64,000 nucleotides of DNA from Tubulanus polymorphus. Its lineage: Eukaryota; Animalia; Nemertea. The notes under the pieces were generated by a model. The model was not told the origin of the DNA, made no database searches, and saw only the letters and a program-made list of their open reading frames with translations. The position numbers and the translations under genes were made by a program. Of the stretch, positions 62,476-64,000 are shown in pieces; positions within the stretch are counted from its first letter, which is position 1, and the number at the start of each line of letters is the position of its first letter. The DNA lies in NCBI RefSeq assembly GCF_964204645.1, contig NC_134030.1, positions 9,451,222 through 9,515,221 on the forward strand, written 5' to 3'.

Positions 62476-64000
62476 GGTGGTGTCCGACATGTTTGACTGC
62501 CGATTAATAGGCCTATAGGTTAAGCGACATATGAAATAAACTTACACTGTTTTCACTGTTTGATGTAATCAGTCGATGGAATCATTTTAGAACAAATTCA
62601 TTACAACACAGCGAGGTGAAGCCCATCGTGATCTAGATATATCAGGATGGAATGACGTCATGCTCGACTGAGCGCCACCACCATGGACCCACTGTTTGTA
62701 GGATGTACCTCTGAAATAATATGATTTCCCACAATATCTGAGATGGAATATTTTTCGCCATTTAAACCAATGTTACAAACACTTACCAAATATTGAAATA
62801 CTGATTTCAGGGGTCGGGAAGGAGGGTGGCAATGTTTGTATTAGGTGAGGTTTTTGCTTAATTTCGTGTTATGGTAAAGCACGCCATTTTGATATTGCGT
62901 CATAGTGTACCTCAGATTGGGATTCCCGCCGCTAGACTGGTCACCGCCACCTGTACTAGCAGGTAGAAATGGCAACCAGTCTATTGCAGGTCTCGGCTTC
63001 TTTTCGATTAGATTAGGTTTTATATTCTACGCAATATTCAAAGAATTTATTCTAATGAAAACCACGCTCTTTACCAATCTAATCATTCGTTTCGAGGTTT
63101 CGGGAATTACTACTTTAGTTCACAGAAATTCCGCTATCGTTATTCATTGGGGCAGCACTGAACGGTTGTAATTTGATGCAGTCTTGCTATTTTACTGCGG
63201 CATGTGAGGAATACAGATTTTTCTTAAGTCAAATTTCATTCATCACTCAACACTAGATTGTAAGAAATTAATAACTCTACCAACATTAGAGCTTTATATA
63301 AGGAGAGTAAATGGTATGATAGAATCTCCCTAATTCCGATCATTGGGACCAACAAAATTCATCCGTTTTACGGCAAATCCGGATTAAAAGTCATTTTCGT
63401 GTATATTAATGATTAAATTGACTGTAAATATTATCCGGATTAGACCAAAATTCGGTCGATGCGGATTAAACGATTTAGTTTGACTGTATTAGCCAATAGA
63501 ATCAGTCTTCCAGGGCACTAAAATTCGGTACTCGAAAAACGCCTAATGAAATACACCGAATCGGAAAACGCATAACGCCTAATTCCTAGAAAATGACCTA
63601 ATTTCGTAATTGCACCATCTACTGAGACTCACAATCCAACTCATCAACGGAAAAGTTTGAAAATACATGTGTTTTACGCTTCACGAAACGAGACTACTAC
63701 TCTAATAAACTTCATTATAGGATGATGATAGAATGTCCGCCGTGCAAGCAATTATTACATAACGCCATAGAAGTGTAAACTGAAACAGTTTACACTTCTA
63801 TGATAACGCGAAAACAAACGCCGCGGTTATAAACCGGCTTTCTTGAATTTTGAAACCGGAATGCATAACTATGGTACAACCTACGCTCGTAGGTACAACG
63901 CACACAAAGACTGATAAAATAGCCTTTCTCAAAATTATCCTCCAAAACTGTTCACAACCACGCTAATGTGAACCTACCGAACCAATGAGAGACTAAATAA

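Overview
This is AT-rich, intron-containing animal genomic DNA. A marine invertebrate source is plausible but is my inference only. Bases 1.5-42.4 kb hold a head-to-tail tandem array of a 12-exon gene family that the ORF track shows only in fragments. There are four apparently intact copies (817-839 aa), one copy with a nonsense codon, and one internally deleted pseudogene. Each intact copy encodes a secreted protein with no transmembrane segment: signal peptide, 8-Cys EGF-like module, F-type-lectin (FTP/discoidin-fold) domain, 6-Cys EGF-like module, and five FN3 domains. The lectin domain lacks the canonical fucose-binding residues and has length-variable, Tyr/Ser-rich loops. The paralogues are mosaics of two N-terminal types and two C-terminal types that switch at a homogenised exon 5. 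This is the candidate novel system: a diversifying, recombining family of secreted recognition proteins. Two unrelated intronless rhodopsin-class GPCRs are interleaved in the array. Downstream are FBXL7 (minus strand, with a frameshift in this sequence) and a 5-exon gene for a small secreted protein made of one VWD-like domain. The 48-64 kb region is repeat-rich: MITEs, SINE-like heads, satellites, a (CAG)73 run and a 4.1-kb inverted-repeat-bounded unit. All gene models were assembled by hand from splice sites and paralogue alignment. No database searches were run.
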